Source: Candidatus Marinacidobacterium sp. (GTDB lineage Bacteria; Acidobacteriota; Vicinamibacteria; Marinacidobacterales; Marinacidobacteraceae). Taken from it: a stretch of DNA of 64,000 nt. Location: NCBI GenBank assembly GCA_965220965.1, contig CBDCRI010000001.1, positions 224,001-288,000 of the forward strand, read 5' to 3'. This document shows, piece after piece, positions 36,973 through 46,954 of the stretch. The stretch's first letter is position 1. The number at the start of each line of letters is the position of its first letter. The position numbers and the translations under genes are program-made. Below the pieces are notes generated by a model. It did not search any database. It saw only the letters and a list, made by a program, of their open reading frames with translations, and was not told the DNA's origin.

Positions 36973-37449
36973 TCAAGGCGCCGTGCCGGCGTGCCGGCCG
37001 GCCCTCCCTGCGGAAGCCGGCCCGGGGGCCTGAACCGCCGGCTGGCGCTGGCCGGCCTCGCTGGCAACCCTTGCGCAGCCGCCGATCAGGGCAATCACGC
37101 GCCCGCCCTCCAGCTTGCCGTCCTGCGGGCCGGGCTGGTCAATGCCGTGCCAAAAGGCCACCGCATCCCATGCCCCGGTGTGCGACGCCACATCGACCAA
37201 GGCTTCCTTGTCGAGCTTGCCGGAGCCGTAGCAGTACTCCGCATCCTCCGCCATTTCAGCCGGCGGGGAGAAGGAGTCCGCCTGAGGCGGGCCTCCGGCA
37301 TCCAGCACCCGCAAGGCATCAAGGTCCACTTCGATCGGCACGACACGCTCCCCGTAAAGGCCTGCCAGCGCCCGGGAGTCGGTCGCCCAAAGAAAACGAT
37401 CCGGGTCGATTTCGAAGTCCTCGTCGTCGGTGCCGTGGTAGAAGATCAT
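36973..37449 (-). CDS. ADP-ribosyltransferase-fold-like small protein
   Basis: IFYHGT...FLWATDSRALAGLYGERVVPIEV matches the YHGT/F.T/A..YG ART pattern. Confidence 0.6.
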   Translation of the reverse strand: MIFYHGTDDEDFEIDPDRFLWATDSRALAGLYGERVVPIEVDLDALRVLDAGGPPQADSFSPPAEMAEDAEYCYGSGKLDKEALVDVASHTGAWDAVAFWHGIDQPGPQDGKLEGGRVIALIGGCARVASEAGQRQPAVQAPGPASAGRAGRHAGTAP

Positions 37450-37495
37450 TGCGCCTCGTCAGCTCAGCCGCAGGCTTGGAAGCGGTCCGGCAGGC

Positions 37496-38776
37496 TCAGG
37501 GCGCCGGTCCGGAGGGCCGCTTCGCCGCCTGCGCCGGAGCGGGCTTGACCTGCGCGGTCCGCCGCTCCTCCGGCGTGGCCGGCGCGCCGCCGCGCGGCAG
37601 GAACAGCCAGTCCTTTTCGTCCGCCACGCGCATCAGGTGCTTGTCGGACAGGCAATGGTTGCGCGCCATCTGGAACCGTCGGCCAAGCCAGTCGGCCAGG
37701 TCCTCGAAGGCGCGCTCGACCTCATGCACCAAGGGCGCGGGCACGGGCCGGCCGGTGCTCACGGGGCGCAGGTCGGCGACCTCCAGAAGGTCGCCCCAGC
37801 CCGCGGGCCGGCACACGCAGCAAAGCGCCTCGCCGTCCGGCATTCGAGCCTTCTCCAGGGCCTGGGCGATCCCATGCAGCTGGTCGTCCACCGGAAATTT
37901 GATTCTCATCAGCGCCTCCGCGTAGAGGGCGGTTATCCACAAGCCGCTGAACGCGCCGTTTCGGCCCTCGCCGTGCCACAGCACCGCGTGCGGGCCGGTC
38001 CTGAGCTCCAAGCCAAGGTACATGGCAGCCTGCCGGAAGTCCTGCTTCGCGGCCTCTGCCCAGTCGCCCCTGTCGGTGGCGTGGAACCACTGCCTGACGG
38101 CCACCTTGCCCGCCGCCCCGAGGGCCTCGAAGCGCACCGGGGCCGGATTGGCCGGCTCCCCGGGCGAGAGCGGCGCCCCGCCGCGCGCCGGGAAGCGCCA
38201 TCCCCTGCGGTCGGCGTCGTGCCGCACCCGGCGCTCCGTGGTGCCTGGGAGGAAGTCGCCGTCGATGGCCTCGCCGGCCCACTCGGCCAGCCTGTTGAGC
38301 TGCGCCTCCACTTGGTCGAGCTCGCGAGGGGGGGCGATCTCCCCGCGGCACGTCACCGCAGTGGAGACGTGCACGCGGCCGCCGCTGGCCGTCACCCGGA
38401 GCGGCAGCCAAGGGCGGAGCCCGGGCGCCAGGGAGGCCAGCCGCTGCGCGACGTGCTCGAGCGTTACGCCCTTCCAGAGCGCTTGGTGGTCCCGCAGGCC
38501 TCCCGCCCTCAGGGCCTCGGGCGACGGCGCCGCCCAATGCCCCTCGAATCCCGCGGGGCCAGGATGGGCCGAGCGCAGGGCCTGGCCTGCGGGCCCGGAG
38601 CCGTCGTGGTCCAGCGTCAGGCCCATGAGGCCGAGGAGCTCCATGACGCGCTCCTCGGCCGCGGTGGGGATGCTTGAGAGGCCGCCGCCCCCGAGCATCT
38701 CGTACCAGTGGCAGGTCGCCCGCCGGGCGGGCTCGGAGAGCTGGGAGAAGGCCAACCCCTCGGCTTGTTCGGTCAT
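37496..38776 (-). CDS. Hypothetical protein with a tandemly duplicated plasmid/phage domain
   Basis: FSQLSEPARRATCHWY...AGFEG.W...LAEW and FEALGAAGKVAVRQWF...GAFSG.W...LADWL. Confidence 0.75.
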   Translation of the reverse strand: MTEQAEGLAFSQLSEPARRATCHWYEMLGGGGLSSIPTAAEERVMELLGLMGLTLDHDGSGPAGQALRSAHPGPAGFEGHWAAPSPEALRAGGLRDHQALWKGVTLEHVAQRLASLAPGLRPWLPLRVTASGGRVHVSTAVTCRGEIAPPRELDQVEAQLNRLAEWAGEAIDGDFLPGTTERRVRHDADRRGWRFPARGGAPLSPGEPANPAPVRFEALGAAGKVAVRQWFHATDRGDWAEAAKQDFRQAAMYLGLELRTGPHAVLWHGEGRNGAFSGLWITALYAEALMRIKFPVDDQLHGIAQALEKARMPDGEALCCVCRPAGWGDLLEVADLRPVSTGRPVPAPLVHEVERAFEDLADWLGRRFQMARNHCLSDKHLMRVADEKDWLFLPRGGAPATPEERRTAQVKPAPAQAAKRPSGPAP

Positions 38777-39224
38777 CGTCCCCTTTCGCAACGCGGCGTC
38801 GCTGCGATTGTAGCAACCAAGCGGCGCGCCACTCCTCAGCAGCGCGGCCCCAGTCAGTCCTCCCTGACGATCTCCCCCGAGGCCTTGGCCACCAGCGCGG
38901 CCACCGCCCTGTCCGCATCAAGGCCAGGCGGCGGCGGACGGCATCCCCGGGGTCGCGCCGCAGCCGCCAGTCCCTGCGGGCGGCGCGGCGGCCAAGTTCA
39001 CCGAGCGGCACGGCAGGCCCCGTGCATCCGGGTCGCCGGGCCTGGCGCCCGGTTCCGGGTGCGCGTTCCGCGCCCCTTCCGGCCTTTCCGTGCGGACCTC
39101 CCGTTCGCCGCCGCGTCGAATGGGCCATTCCATCCGCGTGGCCGTCCGGCCGCGCTTCCGGCCCAAGGGCTCCGCGCGAAGCCGCCTTGCTAAAATCGGG
39201 AGGCAAGGCCTTGGGAAGTTTCGC

Positions 39225-39479
39225 ATGGCGGTTTTGAGCTTGGACCAGTTCGAGGGGCTGAGGGCCGTTCCCGGCGACCCCGGCCATGTCGTGGAGGTGG
39301 GCCTGAACGAGGCCGACGTCGGACGCCTGCGGGCGTTGGTGGCCGCGTTCTCGGCGGACGGCGACCCGGCCAGCGTCGGCGAGGTGGTGCGCGCCTCGAT
39401 CCGCGCCCTGCACCGTCGGGAGTGCCGCGGCGGGGACGCCGTCGCAAGCCTGCAGGATGGACGCAGTGCGCGGCAGTGA
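39225..39479 (+). CDS. Putative ribbon-helix-helix regulator
   Basis: VVEVGLNEADVGRLRAL...SVGEVVRASIR; TGCTAAAAT upstream. Confidence 0.55.
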   Translation: MAVLSLDQFEGLRAVPGDPGHVVEVGLNEADVGRLRALVAAFSADGDPASVGEVVRASIRALHRRECRGGDAVASLQDGRSARQ

Positions 39480-40380
39480 AGGAGATGCCGACGGCCGCGA
39501 GGCGATCGGCTACAGGGACTTCTGGAACGCGGCCGCGGGCCGCTGGCGCGACTTCGACCGGGTGAGGGTCCTGCCGGACGCTTGGATGGACCAAGTGCGC
39601 GGGAGCCACGTGCCGCCCCACCTGGTGGGGGCGAGCTTCCGGTCCGCCGACCTGTCGGGCGTGTCGCTGGCCGGCTGGAGCCTGCCCGGGGCGGACTTCT
39701 CGGATGCGCTTCTCCTAGAGGCCGACTGCTCGGAGGCGCAGATGACGGGCGCCGACTTCCGCCGCGCCCGGCTGGCGGGGGCCCGGTTCGTGAACGCCGA
39801 GCTGCCGTTCGCCGAGTACGCCTTCGCCGACGCGGAAGGGGCCTCCTTCCAAGGCGCCGCCGCGCCGTTCGCCCGCTGGCCGGAAGCCTCGCCGCCGCCG
39901 GAGGGCGAGGGGCGCCGCTCCCTGGCCCATGCCCGGAAGGGCTTCCCTCCGGCGGCTGGGGAGCCTTTCTGGGGCAGCGATCCGCACGCCCGCCAAGTTG
40001 CCCTGGCGGATTGGGAGGCGCGCTCGCTCGGCCTGCCGCCGCCCACGGCCGAAGTCATGGCGCGCGCCCTGTTCGCGCTCAGGCGCCTGGCCCGGGCGGC
40101 GGGGGCCGCCCCCGTGACCTTCGCCCTGTCCGACTGCGGCGGCGTCGGCATTGCGGTCGCATCGCCCCGCGACCCGCGGCGGCGCCGCGACGGCCTGGTC
40201 CTGCGGGTCAGCAACGTGCAGGACCACTTGACCGTCCACATGCTCTCCGGAGGCGTCCTGCGCCAATTCCTCATCGGCTCCCAGGAGCGCGACATGGCCG
40301 AGGGGGTGCCGAACGCCTGCGCAGCCCTGGCGGCGCACGCCTCCGCGAAGTCGCCCCGCCCGGCGGGCCTCGCCCCCTAG
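39457..40380 (+). CDS. Pentapeptide-repeat protein
   Basis: ASFRS ADLSG VSLAG WSLPG ADFSD ALLLE ADCSE AQMTG ADFRR ARLAG ARFVN run. Confidence 0.85.
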   Translation: MDAVRGSEGDADGREAIGYRDFWNAAAGRWRDFDRVRVLPDAWMDQVRGSHVPPHLVGASFRSADLSGVSLAGWSLPGADFSDALLLEADCSEAQMTGADFRRARLAGARFVNAELPFAEYAFADAEGASFQGAAAPFARWPEASPPPEGEGRRSLAHARKGFPPAAGEPFWGSDPHARQVALADWEARSLGLPPPTAEVMARALFALRRLARAAGAAPVTFALSDCGGVGIAVASPRDPRRRRDGLVLRVSNVQDHLTVHMLSGGVLRQFLIGSQERDMAEGVPNACAALAAHASAKSPRPAGLAP

Positions 40381-40485
40381 CCAGCCGGCGCGGCCCGGTT
40401 CGGAGCGCGGCGCTGCTACAATGCCAGCCATGGCAGTGGACACGCCCAGCGTGGCGCCGGACGCGTTCGTCCGAAGGCGGGCGCC

Positions 40486-41253
40486 GTGAGCGGCGCCGCC
40501 CCCATCACCCTGAGGGCCGGGCTGCAGGCCGACTTCGAGGCCGTCGACGCCGTCCTGAGCGCCTTTCCGATCCGCGGCGCCCTGCTCGGCGGAGGCACCG
40601 TGCTCGCCGCCCTCTGGGACCACAGGGACTCCAGGGACCTCGACCTCTTCGTGCCGCGCGGCGTCGCTTCCGCCCTGCCGAAGGGCACGCCGTCCGCGCT
40701 CGCCGGGCGGCTTCGGGAGCGGCTCGGCGCCGAGGTGATGCGCGTCGGGGAGCGGCTCGACGAGGACGTCTGGGTGGTGTCCGCCCGGCTGCCGGGAGGG
40801 ACGCCGCTCTCGATCCACTGCCTGACCCACGACCGGCACGCCCAAGGGCCGCCGATCCATAACGGCGCGGTGCCGTCGCTCAGCGTCGCCGACATCATGC
40901 GGGGCAAGCTCGCGGGGCGGGCCGTCATCGCCCACCTGCTCGCGGGCACCAGCCACGACCGGCCGCCCATCCGCGACCTCTACGACGTGGCGGTGTGCGC
41001 GCAGCTGGCCCCGGAGGCGCTTGCGGCGGTCCTAGGGGAGATGGGCGCGGAGTACCGGGCCATGGCCGCGGCGGCCTTCCTGGCGGCGCCGCCGGACTTC
41101 CACAAGCTCGACCCCCAGCCGATCATGAACCAGAGGTTCGACGTCGACCTGCAGGGGCTGCCGCAAGCCGTGGGGAGGGCGGTCGAGGCCGGCGACCCCG
41201 GCCTGATCCCGGCCGCGGCGCGGCTGCCCAATCCGAACGGCCCGGCCCCGTGA
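40486..41253 (+). CDS. AbiEii/AbiGii-family nucleotidyltransferase (type IV TA toxin-like)
   Basis: LLGGGTVLAALWDHRDSRDLDLF, GKL, RDLYD. Confidence 0.85.
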   Translation: MSGAAPITLRAGLQADFEAVDAVLSAFPIRGALLGGGTVLAALWDHRDSRDLDLFVPRGVASALPKGTPSALAGRLRERLGAEVMRVGERLDEDVWVVSARLPGGTPLSIHCLTHDRHAQGPPIHNGAVPSLSVADIMRGKLAGRAVIAHLLAGTSHDRPPIRDLYDVAVCAQLAPEALAAVLGEMGAEYRAMAAAAFLAAPPDFHKLDPQPIMNQRFDVDLQGLPQAVGRAVEAGDPGLIPAAARLPNPNGPAP

Positions 41254-41855
41254 CCAGGCGGCCGACCATCCCCACCGGGCTCACCCACAGCGGGATGCCC
41301 TTGGACGTCCTGATCGAGAGCAACTGCCTGATGCCGGACGGCTGCCCCCGGTGGGACGCTCCCGTGATGCGCGAGCCGCTGCTTCCGTTGGCGCGCTTCG
41401 ACCGCCCGGATTTGCGCGAGACGCCGGCCTGGGCGACCGGCGCGGATGCCCTGTTTTCGGTGGACTTGTTCCTCGCCAAGCGCTGCGCCGGCCTTGACCT
41501 CGGGATGCGGGCGTCCGGCGCGGAGGTCCGCGCCGCGCTGCGCGCCGGGGCGTTCGACGCACGCTGCCGGGCCACCCTGGAATGGACGCTCTCCTCCTGC
41601 CCCCGCACGGAGTTCCCCGACCTGCTCGGCCGCGGGGGAATCGCGATCTACGACATGGCCCGCTGCTTCTGGACGGCCTTCGACGGCCACGCCTTCTCCT
41701 TCGCGGCCTGGCTCAACCAGTGGGGGCGCGACGCCGCCCGCCCGCCGCCCGGCCAGGACTACGAGTACCGGAACTTCCCGCTCACGCGGTCATGGGTGGC
41801 GGCCGGGCGGCCGCCGGTTTGGCCGCCGCCGGCGGAGACCCCGCCTAGCGACTGA
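41250..41855 (+). CDS. Partner protein of the AbiEii-like gene
   Basis: GTGA overlap; AAWLNQW resembles the C-terminal domain of 9138-10499. Confidence 0.7.
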   Translation: MTRRPTIPTGLTHSGMPLDVLIESNCLMPDGCPRWDAPVMREPLLPLARFDRPDLRETPAWATGADALFSVDLFLAKRCAGLDLGMRASGAEVRAALRAGAFDARCRATLEWTLSSCPRTEFPDLLGRGGIAIYDMARCFWTAFDGHAFSFAAWLNQWGRDAARPPPGQDYEYRNFPLTRSWVAAGRPPVWPPPAETPPSD

Positions 41856-42459
41856 CAGGGCACCCCGCGGCGGCGGCGCCCTCGCGGCGGCCGTCCGCCT
41901 CCTCGCCCCAGGCCGTCCAGCCCTCGCGCCCGCCCCGGGCGAAGAGCTCCAGGTAAGGAGGCCTAGAGCAGGCCTCGATCACGGCGTACTGCTCATCGGG
42001 CTTGCGGGAGTGCTCGCGCTTGCGCGAGGCGATGAGGTTGACTTGGCGCCGGCCGGCCTCGAGCGTCCGCGCCCGCCTGCCGCGGACGCCGAACAGCAGG
42101 ATCTCCGTCACGTTGCGGAAGTAGTGGCCGAGGCCGCGCCCGTCGGAGCCGCCGTCCTTGCGCACCTTGTGCCAGACCAGGTTCGCCTTGTACTCGAAGC
42201 CCCAGGCGGCGAGCACGTCCAGCCCCGCAGGCAGGAGGGCGTTCGGCACCCACAGGTAGCAGTGCGCCACGTCCTCCACGTGCGCCGCCACCGGCAGGGC
42301 GCGGATCTCGTCCATGGAGAGGGTGGCGTAGCGGGCCAGCCGGCGGTGCTCCGGGGAGGCCTTGCCGGTTCGGTGCCGGAAGCGCCAAGGCGGGTCCGCC
42401 AGCACGGTGCGGAAGCGCCGGCCCGCCAGGCGGCGCGCCAGATCGTCGGCGGCGCTCAC
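41845..42459 (-). CDS. MT-A70 family adenine methyltransferase
   Basis: VLADPPW, YLWVPN, WGFEYKANLVWHK, EHSRKPD, LELFAR. Confidence 0.9.
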   Translation of the reverse strand: MSAADDLARRLAGRRFRTVLADPPWRFRHRTGKASPEHRRLARYATLSMDEIRALPVAAHVEDVAHCYLWVPNALLPAGLDVLAAWGFEYKANLVWHKVRKDGGSDGRGLGHYFRNVTEILLFGVRGRRARTLEAGRRQVNLIASRKREHSRKPDEQYAVIEACSRPPYLELFARGGREGWTAWGEEADGRREGAAAAGCPVSR

Positions 42460-42506
42460 GGCGCTTCGCCCACGGGCGCCCGCCCCTGCGCGCGAGCCGC
42501 CATCCC

Positions 42507-42728
42507 TCACGCCTCCTTGGCGTCGGCGAGCGCGCGCCGCAGCCACGTCGCGGTGATTCGCGCGGCGTCCTGCGGGGCCGCCTTGCGCAGGAACGGCAGG
42601 AGCAGGCTCGCCGGGTCGATGCGGGCCAGCGCCACGTCCCTTGCCGGCAGCGGCTTGGTCTTGTAGAGCAAGGCGTCGCCGTTGCGGAAGTAGAAGGCGT
42701 TGCTCCTGTCGACGGTCACCTCGATCAT
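42507..42728 (-). CDS. Small hypothetical protein
   Basis: GGGAGGGG RBS. Confidence 0.55.
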   Translation of the reverse strand: MIEVTVDRSNAFYFRNGDALLYKTKPLPARDVALARIDPASLLLPFLRKAAPQDAARITATWLRRALADAKEA

Positions 42729-42759
42729 TGCCCCTCCCAAGGTCGGCCCGCGGCGCGGC

Positions 42760-43053
42760 TCAGTCGGCCTGCGGGCCTTGCGGCCTGGATGCGGGGCGGC
42801 CCAGGTCGTCCACCGTCGCGCCCTCCGCCCGCATTCGGGCGGCGAACACCTCAAGCGCCTCCCGGTCGGTGCCGTGCCATGCGCCGCCGCCGAACAGGTC
42901 CACGGCGCCCCGAGCCTGCTGGTTGACGATCAGCAGGCCCTGCGGGTTGCGGTAGCAGAGCCTCTCCTTGCGGCCTTCCGGGCCGACGAAGAGGCCGTCC
43001 TGGGTGACTGTTGCGTAGATGGTCCGGCCGTTGAGCGTTGCGGTCTTCGTCAT
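42760..43053 (-). CDS. Small hypothetical protein
   Basis: GGGAGGGG RBS. Confidence 0.6.
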   Translation of the reverse strand: MTKTATLNGRTIYATVTQDGLFVGPEGRKERLCYRNPQGLLIVNQQARGAVDLFGGGAWHGTDREALEVFAARMRAEGATVDDLGRPASRPQGPQAD

Positions 43054-43150
43054 GCCCCTCCCCCCTTGGTTCCGGCTTTCGCAGGCATGCCCGCAGCGTG
43101 CCGCTGAGGGCCGGCTGGCGCAACCCGGGATGGGCCTGCCGGGGCCGGGG

Positions 43151-43339
43151 TCACCCGTCCTCCCCCACCACGATGTGCAGGCAGCGCTCGCACTGGCTCA
43201 ATTCCGGCAGCTCGTCGTCCCCGGACATGAAGCCACCGCACTTCGGGCAGTCGCCGCGCCATTCCCCGTCGCGCAGCATGGCGTCCCTGGCGCTGGCCTG
43301 CTCGGCGATTCCCAACGTTCGCTCAAAGCCCGATTTCAT
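43151..43339 (-). CDS. Small zinc-ribbon protein
   Basis: CPKC...CERC. Confidence 0.5.
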   Translation of the reverse strand: MKSGFERTLGIAEQASARDAMLRDGEWRGDCPKCGGFMSGDDELPELSQCERCLHIVVGEDG

Positions 43340-43440
43340 GTCCGCACGCCTTCGAACAGCTGCTGCTCCGGCGGCCTGACCGCCACGCGCCCTGCCGGAC
43401 TGACGACGCCGCAGCTTCCGTCCGGACACCCCAGGCCCGT

Positions 43441-44121
43441 TCAGCCACCGGCGCCCGCCTTGGCAATGGGCCGGCCCTGAACAAGCGAAGCAGGGGGGCT
43501 CTGGCCGGGTTCGCCGGGGCCGTTCCCCGCCGCCAAGGCGGCGAGGCCCCGAACCATCCCTTCGCACGGGTCGGAGAACGCGGCGCGGAAGCGGCCAACC
43601 TTGGCGGCGTCGGCTTGGTGCAGCCGCAGGTCATCGTCCGTCAGGAACGCCTCTCCGTCGGCGACTATGCCCAGCTCTATCAACTGGCCAGGGGAGTCCA
43701 CCATGATGGGCGGATCGGGCACGAACAGGACGCTGGCGGTGCGCCCCTCCGCCGGCTCCCACCAGCTGGCGAGCCTGCCCCGCTCCCCATCGACCCCAAT
43801 GTCGCGGAATAGCAGAATGCCGTCCCTGTCCTCACGCCATCGGGCCAGGGCCCACGCAGCGAGGTCGTGGCCGAAACGGTCGCGCGCGAGGGAAAAGAGT
43901 TCCCACACGCGTGGCGTCTCCGCCCCTTCCCCCAGCGGGGCCTCGCAGTAGTGGGGCAGCCGTGCCATGAGCGTCTCCCGGCCGCCGTCGCCCGGGATGA
44001 GCGCCCAGCGATCCAGCCACCAGTCGGGGGCTGTAGCCCACAGCCAGGCAAGGCCGCCAAGAATAAGGGTCACGCAACACGTAGTCGCTGCCAAGAGCAT
44101 CTGCTTGCTTTCATTCCTCAT
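43441..44121 (-). CDS. Membrane-anchored hypothetical protein
   Basis: N-terminal hydrophobic helix; GGGAGA RBS. Confidence 0.6.
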   Translation of the reverse strand: MRNESKQMLLAATTCCVTLILGGLAWLWATAPDWWLDRWALIPGDGGRETLMARLPHYCEAPLGEGAETPRVWELFSLARDRFGHDLAAWALARWREDRDGILLFRDIGVDGERGRLASWWEPAEGRTASVLFVPDPPIMVDSPGQLIELGIVADGEAFLTDDDLRLHQADAAKVGRFRAAFSDPCEGMVRGLAALAAGNGPGEPGQSPPASLVQGRPIAKAGAGG

Positions 44122-44177
44122 GGTCGTTCTCCCTTTCGGTCAGTTTCAAGTTTAGCGCCCAGGCGTCGCCGCGCCGC

Positions 44178-46763
44178 TCATCCGCACTGCGAGTCGCCGC
44201 AGGACAGGCACTCCAGGCAGCCGCCCTGCCGGACCACGGACCCGGGGGCGCCGCAGGCGCCGCAGTCCGCGCCCGGCGGCGGCCCGGCCGCGCCGTCCCC
44301 GTCCGTGCCGGACAGCTCGGCCATGAAGGTCTCTATGGCCACGCCGATCTCGCTGACCATGGAGCCCAGCAGGCCGCTCTCGCCGCTCACGGACCGCCCG
44401 AAGGCGGCCCCCTCTGAGCGGATCGACTTCAGCTCGCCGACCACCCCGCGGATGTCCACGCCGGAGCGCATCAGCTTGCTCAGGACGATCATGAGCGCGT
44501 CCTCCCACTCCCGGCAGGTGTTGTTGTCGGAGCGGAAGAACACCTCGTGCAGGCGCCGCTCGTCGCGGTCCGCGTTGATGGTGACGTAGCCGCGCTTGTT
44601 GCCCACCTCCAAGCGGTAGGTGGGGCCGTCGAGGCGCACCGGGCGCCGCCGGGCCGCCACCGGCACCGCCTTGGCCGCGTCGCCCGAGGCCCACTCGACG
44701 ATGCGCCCCGCGATGCGCCTGGCGTCCGCCGGCCAGTCGGCGCCGCCCGGCTCGCCCGGCTCGTAGTAGCCCTGGTTGAGGGCCTCGTGCAGGACCGCGG
44801 CCAGCGTCGGGGGGCGGCGGTCGTGGGAGACGGGCGCATCCCCCCGCAGCCGCGTCCAGCCGTCGGCGGTGCGGAAGGCCACGGTGCGCGCGGCCAGCTC
44901 CTCCGGGTCGATCAGCACGCCGACCCGCTCATCGGAGGGCAGGTAGATCGTGACGCCCTTCAAGCCCAGCTCCCACGCCCGCTCGTAGACGCCCACCATG
45001 TCCTCGTAGGAGGTGCCGGGCGGCAGGTTGATGGTCTTGGAGACGGCGCTGTCCATCCACTCCTGAACCGCCGCCTGCATGGCCAGGTGCTCGTCCGGCG
45101 ACACCTGCTCGGCGGTGACCCACACCTCCGGCGGGTCGGCGTCCGGGCCCGCCAGCGCCTCCAGGCAGAGCAGTTCCTTGGCGCGCATCGTGACCGACTC
45201 CTTGGCCTCCCCCGCCGCCCCGGTGACCGTGCGCAGGTGGGACATCATGAAGGTCGGCTCGATGCCGGAGGAGGCGTTGTTCGAGATGAAGCTGATGGTG
45301 CCGGTCGGCGCTATCGAGGTGGCGTGGGTCCACCGCAGCCCGTGCCTGCGGGCCTGCGCGAACCAGTCCTCAGCGAGCGCCCCGGCCTCGGCCAGCCGGG
45401 CGAAGTAGGGGGACGCCAGGGCGGCCTCCAGGGCCTTTTCGTCCTCGAAGAAGGGCGCCCGCCCCTTGGCCTTGGCCAGGCCGAGGGCGGCGCGCCACGA
45501 GGCCGCGGCGAGCGCCCGGGAGACCCGCGAGGCGAACGCCACCGCCTCCGGGGAGCCGTAGCGCACGCCGAGCAGGTTCAGCGCGCTGCCCAGCCCGAGG
45601 AAGCCCATGCCGTGGCGGCGCTTGGACTCGATCTCGCGGCGCTGGCCCTCCAGCGGCAGGCCGTTCACCTCGACCACGTTGTCGAGCAGGCGGCTGAAAC
45701 CCTCGGCGCTGGCCTCGAAGGCGGCGAAGTCGAACTTGGCCCGCGGCGTGAGCGGGCGGCGCACGTAGGCGGTCAGGTCGATGCTGCCGAGCAGGCAGGC
45801 GCCGTGCGGCGGCAGCGGCTGCTCGCCGCAGGGGTTGGTGGCCCACAGGCGCTCGCTGTCGCGCAGGGGGTTCCACTCGTTGATCCGGTCCACGAAGATC
45901 ACGCCCGGGTCGGAGTCGCTGTGGGCGTGGCGCATCACGGCCTCCCACAGGTCGCGCGCCCGAACCGTCCGCCAGACGCGGCACAGGTAGCGGCCGGACT
46001 CGTCCAGCGTGTAGTTCCCGTCCGGCCCCAGCCGGTCCCAGTGCGCCCAGCGCGTCGCCTCCGCCGGCGGCTCGGGGTCGTTGCGGTGCACCGGGAAGAT
46101 CAGCTCGTGGGCGAAGTCGGAGCGCACCGCCTCCATGAACGCGTCGGAGACCAGCACGCTGAGGTTGAAGTGGCGCAGCTCGCCCTTCTTCGCGACCTTG
46201 TCCTTGGCGTTGACGAAGTCGAACACGTCGGGGTGCCGGCAGTCGAGGGTGGCCATCTGCGCCCCGCGGCGCCCGCCCCCGGAGACGATCGTGGCGCACG
46301 AGGACTCGAACATGCGCATCCAGCCGACGACGCCCCCGGAGGTGGCGCCGATGCCGTTGACGGGCGCGCCCGCCGGGCGGATGGTGCCGAAGTGGTAGCC
46401 GATGCCGCAGCCCGCGCTCAGCGTCACCAGCGCCTCGCCCTGGGCGGCGGCGATGCCCTCGATGTCGTCGGTGACCGCGCGGCTGACCGTGCAGTTGATC
46501 GCCGAGCCCTTGGACCGCTCCGGGTTGGCGGCGGCCGACAGGATGCGCCCGCCCGGGCGCCAGCCCAGCTCGCGCATGCCGCGCTCGAACTCGGCCGCCA
46601 GCGCCGCCCGGTCCACGCCGGGCTCGTCGTCGGCCTCCGCCAAGGCGGCGGCCACGCGCCGCCAGGTGTCCTCCGGGGCGCGCTCGCCCGGGGCGGCGTA
46701 CTTGTCCCGCCAGGTGCCCAGGGAGGGCGCCTGAAGGGGCATCTCGTGAAGTCTCGGGGCCAT
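44178..46763 (-). CDS. nrdJ: Class II (adenosylcobalamin-dependent) ribonucleotide reductase with C-terminal TSCPD and Zn ribbon
   Basis: PGGRIL, SAINC, GGRRGAQM, FNLSV, TNPCGEQPL, GACLLGS, SIAPTGTIS, SSGIEP, DSAVSKTIN, GLKGVTIY; GGAGG RBS; TGGTATAAT at ~46801-46809. Confidence 0.95.
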   Translation of the reverse strand: MAPRLHEMPLQAPSLGTWRDKYAAPGERAPEDTWRRVAAALAEADDEPGVDRAALAAEFERGMRELGWRPGGRILSAAANPERSKGSAINCTVSRAVTDDIEGIAAAQGEALVTLSAGCGIGYHFGTIRPAGAPVNGIGATSGGVVGWMRMFESSCATIVSGGGRRGAQMATLDCRHPDVFDFVNAKDKVAKKGELRHFNLSVLVSDAFMEAVRSDFAHELIFPVHRNDPEPPAEATRWAHWDRLGPDGNYTLDESGRYLCRVWRTVRARDLWEAVMRHAHSDSDPGVIFVDRINEWNPLRDSERLWATNPCGEQPLPPHGACLLGSIDLTAYVRRPLTPRAKFDFAAFEASAEGFSRLLDNVVEVNGLPLEGQRREIESKRRHGMGFLGLGSALNLLGVRYGSPEAVAFASRVSRALAAASWRAALGLAKAKGRAPFFEDEKALEAALASPYFARLAEAGALAEDWFAQARRHGLRWTHATSIAPTGTISFISNNASSGIEPTFMMSHLRTVTGAAGEAKESVTMRAKELLCLEALAGPDADPPEVWVTAEQVSPDEHLAMQAAVQEWMDSAVSKTINLPPGTSYEDMVGVYERAWELGLKGVTIYLPSDERVGVLIDPEELAARTVAFRTADGWTRLRGDAPVSHDRRPPTLAAVLHEALNQGYYEPGEPGGADWPADARRIAGRIVEWASGDAAKAVPVAARRRPVRLDGPTYRLEVGNKRGYVTINADRDERRLHEVFFRSDNNTCREWEDALMIVLSKLMRSGVDIRGVVGELKSIRSEGAAFGRSVSGESGLLGSMVSEIGVAIETFMAELSGTDGDGAAGPPPGADCGACGAPGSVVRQGGCLECLSCGDSQCG

Positions 46764-46954
46764 GCGCCATCCTCCGCCACGCAGGGAAGTAGATATCTGT
46801 ATTATACCATACTTTCCACATCTTGGGTCCCCGCCGCCCGCCAGGCGCAAGATGTTGCGTCCCGGTCCGGCGCGTGCGCGGCTGCCGGCCGCTGGACGGC
46901 GGGCTCCCGGCGAGGGACAATCCCCTGCCCTCCCCGTGGACGAATGGACCCGCA

